A DNA stretch of 64,000 bases from Callorhinchus milii. Its lineage: Eukaryota. Of this stretch, positions 60,313 through 64,000 are shown one piece after another; within the stretch, counting starts at the first letter, position 1, and each line of letters begins with the position of its first letter. The DNA is taken from contig NW_024704742.1 in NCBI RefSeq assembly GCF_018977255.1, positions 7,814,001 to 7,878,000 of the forward strand, read 5' to 3'. The translations under genes and the position numbers were made by a program. The notes under the pieces were generated by a model. It was not told the origin of the DNA. It worked only from the letters and a program-made list of their open reading frames with translations, and did no database searches.

Positions 60313-61739
60313 TCTTCATACAGCTTTGCGCCATCAGGCCAGGCCAAAAGCCAGGCACTTTGTCTTTTATTAATGTTAAAATTCTCCTGACTTCTAATGA
60401 TTCCAATAAATTATGGATAATGTATTGTATGTCGATAACTGCATGAAGAAAAGATAGTGAACATATCACAATCCTATTTTCACCCCTTGCATTTGATATA
60501 GCGCCTTATCACATCTTCGAGACGTCTCAAAGTGCTTCACAGAATATACCATAAAGTGAATTGATTATATATTTTGTGGGTGAAACCCAGCAGCCAGTTA
60601 CGCACATCAGCATCCCACAAACAGTGACCAATTGAGAGACCAATGTTATTATCTATGTATTTATTTGAAGTAATCTCCCAGTTCCACAACAGAAAGATCA
60701 CATGAGCTAGGAAGAGAAGATTTCTGTCTCTGGTGATCAGTCTGTAAATGTCTGTAAGATTTAGTTTACAATGTCTGGTCTTCTCAAGTGAACTAAAATG
60801 ATTTTACCAGCGCTCCTGCAATCCTGATGGATGGATTACAAGGCTCTGGTGCCAACCAGGGTTGTCTAAATTTGCTATTTTTAAATACAGTAAAAAAGTC
60901 CAGTAAATACAAAAGCATTAATTTAATGCAGTAATGGGAGAATTTTTTATCAGGGTCTGTGTAGGCATTAGACCTATTGGTTGAAACCAGTCAAAACACT
61001 TGAGTGAAATTACTGCTGATTTGGAGATGCCTGCAATGATAGGAGAGCTTTTTTTCCCCGGTTTGTGTCTCTGAAGCATTTCTGCACTTTAGGTAATGTT
61101 AAAAGCCGAGTGCATTAAGCACTTCCTGGTATAATCCACAGAGCACGCTTGCTTCTGTACTTGGCCTGAAACGAAAGATAAAAATCGGTCTGTCATCGAG
61201 TTGCTAAAGTGAACTATCCCTTTCACAGTCCTTCACAGGAGAAGGAAAATGAAGTGGCTCCTTTCCAAGACTTTCTGACAGATGTTCCATGAACAGTTTG
61301 TCTGCCTGATGGTGACTAATAATTAAGACAGATTAGTCATTAGGAGTTTTGACCACTTCCCCCCTGTTCACAAAGCTGATGCGTGAATTGAAGCCGACAA
61401 AAAACAGAATTCCCATCTCTGATACCAAAGCCCTTGACTCTGTATAAATGTTACTATCTTCAGGCTGCTGTGGTTGATGTTTGAGCCTCAGTGTTCAATC
61501 TGAAATGGTTGGGTTAGTGCTTGTTATGAAGTGCTTTCCCCTCTGCGATGGTGTTCACTCTGAGTGCAAGTGATGTCAGTCCTTCTCAGGCTTTGGCTTT
61601 TCAGTCTTCAGTACTGCAGCGCTTTCATTTAACTCCTGCGACTTCTAAATCAAATGAGATTCAGACGATACAGCAATGCAGAGAGCATTGCAATTGGACC
61701 AAGGTAAGATCAGACGTTTGGTGAAATCAGTAACATTAA

Positions 61740-62078
61740 TAATAAAAATAATCTTTGCATTTGATGTAGCGTCTTATCACATCTTTGCGACATCTCAAAG
61801 CGCTTCACAGAATGTACTATAAATTGAATTGACTGTATATTTTGTGGGTGAAACGCGGCAGCCAATTGCGCACAGCAGTGTCCCTGCAAACAGTCGTGGA
61901 TTGACATGACCAATTTTTTTTAAGGAATTATTGCCCCAGAAAATTGATCCACCAATCGACTAACAACCAAGTTCCTACTTACTGCTAGGTAAACAGAGGT
62001 GTGTGGAGTAAGAAAACTTGCCCAATGTTTCGCCCTGCCAGGAATCGAACCCAGGTCTCTAACCACTGAGCTACTGGA
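61740..62078 (-). mobile_element. tRNA-Ala-type SINE, long subfamily, anticodon arm deleted
   Basis: Reverse reads tagctcagtggttagagacctgggttcgattcc, then standard body and tail. Confidence 0.9.
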
Positions 62079-62196
62079 TCCCATTGTCATCCAACTCTTT
62101 GCTGACCTTAGCCAAAACATAGAGGAGTGTATGTTGGTGATCACAGCAACAAATCAACTCCACTTGTTTAGTGCTATTCCTAGCATTTCTGCTGAG

Positions 62197-62655
62197 GTCT
62201 CAGCGTGACTCAGTTGGTAGGACTTGTTCCTCTGAATCAGATGCTTAGGAGGTGGAAGCTCCACATTGGGATTTTGAACTAACAGTCTAGGCTGGTACTC
62301 CAATACCAGAGCACTGCCTTGTTGCCTTGGGACCTCCTCCCAATGTGAAAGGCGGTATATAAATGTAAATCTGTAGTTATTTTTGTCATTTAGCTGAGAC
62401 GTTAAACTTAGGTCCCAATCTGCCTGTTAAAGTGGGTGTTTTAGATCCTATTACACTGTTCAAAAATAGAAGGAAATTTCTCCTGGTGTCCTAGCCAACC
62501 CTCCACTAAACAAATGGTCATTCACATTATTGTGCGTGACACATTGGTGTGCAGAAACTGGCAATTACGATCACCCAAAAATATACCATCATTACATTTT
62601 ATAGAAAACTCTGAAGTGCTATGAGGTGTATTAAATGCAAGGATTATTATTATTT
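62197..62655 (+). mobile_element. Deu-domain SINE containing a short L2 tail insertion (62320-62385)
   Basis: Head gactcagttggtaggacttg..ctctgaatcaga, core gagacgttaaacttaggtccc, tail aaatgcaaggattatt. Confidence 0.75.
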
Positions 62656-62756
62656 CTATCCTTAAAAGATTATGTTTAAAATTGTGGAGCGAGAGGAAAA
62701 ATAACATTTTACTTTTTTTAAAAAAGGAAACTTTTGCAGTGTTCTGAACATTGAAA

Positions 62757-62840
62757 AATGATTAAGTTCACATCAGACCTGAAATTGGTGCGAATAATGA
62801 AGATGAGGAGTTGTAACAGGTGGATATTGAAGACATTTTT
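62757..62840 (+). mobile_element. Possible decayed CR1 RT fragment
   Basis: IKFTSDLK then, in a shifted frame, IGANNEDEEL*QVDI; compare KFADDTKIG...EE...LQ.DI. Confidence 0.35.
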
Positions 62841-64000
62841 CTTACAGAGAGAAATGGTGTGCTGGTCATTGCTGGACATATCTAAGTGAAGCTGGAAAAC
62901 AGCCCTAATCAGCAAACACTGTACAGCTCACCAATGCAAACACAGGAAAGCTTCCAATTGCTTCACCAGTTAAGACCAAACCTCTTCACCGAATTTTCTA
63001 ATGTGTAGATCTAGAACACAAATTTACATTATATACATTACTGCTTTTCACATCGGGAGCAAGTCCCAAGGCATTAAGGTGGCATATTCTGTGAAGCCCT
63101 TTGAGACATCTTGAAGACGTGATAAGGCGCTATATCAAATGCAAGGATTATTATTATTATAGCTCATTGAACCTCCGAGCAGATGAAGATTGAAGGTTCT
63201 GAACATTGGCAATGAAAACACAGGCCAAAGGACATTCTGAATGCAGTCGCTGTCTGGTGTTGTTTTACCGGACATTATCATATAAATAGTTGCAATTTCT
63301 GCTGCAGAGAAGAGCCTTTTTAGTTTTGTACAAGAACCAATTTACCAATGGCAAATAGTTGGTAAATGTACTCCTACCCACCAGTGAGACAATTGCACCT
63401 CATGACCCTTACGAGTTAGGAGAACTAATGTTGCTCAAGTTCCTTAATTGAGGAGAAGGAGAAATCTGTCACCGTCTTTAGTTATCTGGATTTCAGCTAG
63501 TCCTGGAGTTTCCATCTGCTGTTAACGGTGACAGCGCAATAAAGTCAGTGCTCTGATTCAAATCTTATCGATGGACAGCCTTCAGTTAGAACACACAGAC
63601 CTCATCTGCTTAAAGGAACAGCGTAGGCCTGTGTTAATTTTTTACTATTTGCACATTAAGATTTTACAGTTATTTTACGCATTAGTAAGTCTGCAATGTA
63701 ATGTTGTTAGTTTTTGTTTACCTGAGAGTTATAAAAATGATTGACAGTGTATTATGCAGTCCTAAATTGAAGCTCAGGGTACAACTGGGAATGTTATGTT
63801 CATTACCAAAGTACCAGTATATCAGCATTAATGCTTGAGAAGGGCAGTCAGCCTATGTTTGTTACAGCCTTAAATATTTGTCATTTACAAATACAACTCA
63901 GTAGCTGTCACACTCTGCGTGGTGAGCAAAAACCGATGAAGTACATTCAAAGGCTGGTTGAAGGTAACACAGTGATCTTTAATGCGGGATCTCCTTGGAG

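Noticed and set aside
1..64000. CRISPR array, operon or other prokaryotic system
   Set aside because: Recurrent sequences are dispersed SINE and LINE tails in both orientations, not regularly spaced direct repeats; no prokaryotic gene structure.

Overview
Eukaryotic, repeat-dense non-coding DNA from a vertebrate. The repeat inventory points to a cartilaginous fish, most plausibly a chimaera or shark (inferred from repeat families recognised from memory, not from a search). I found no host protein-coding gene I can support. The long ORFs in the track are fragments of L2 or CR1 LINE ORF2, or read-through of SINE sequence. The window is a mosaic of: (i) a tRNA-Ala-headed SINE with an (ATT)n tail, in an older long form and a younger internally deleted form; (ii) an older Deu-domain SINE with the same 3' half; (iii) at least two L2 families, including a ~3.2 kb copy with endonuclease and RT that is split by a second L2; (iv) CR1 3' ends; (v) a decayed I/Nimb-like LINE with an RNase H-like segment; (vi) a Penelope-type terminal repeat with a minimal hammerhead ribozyme core; (vii) several unclassified old repeats, one at least ~650 bp long, and palindromic MITE-like elements. 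The most interesting points are the hammerhead motif, an apparent SINE tail-loop change that tracks an L2 partner, the unclassified ~650-bp repeat, and a few weak plus-strand exon candidates. I do not see convincing evidence of a new biological system. Repeat boundaries were read by eye and are approximate (about +/-20 bp).
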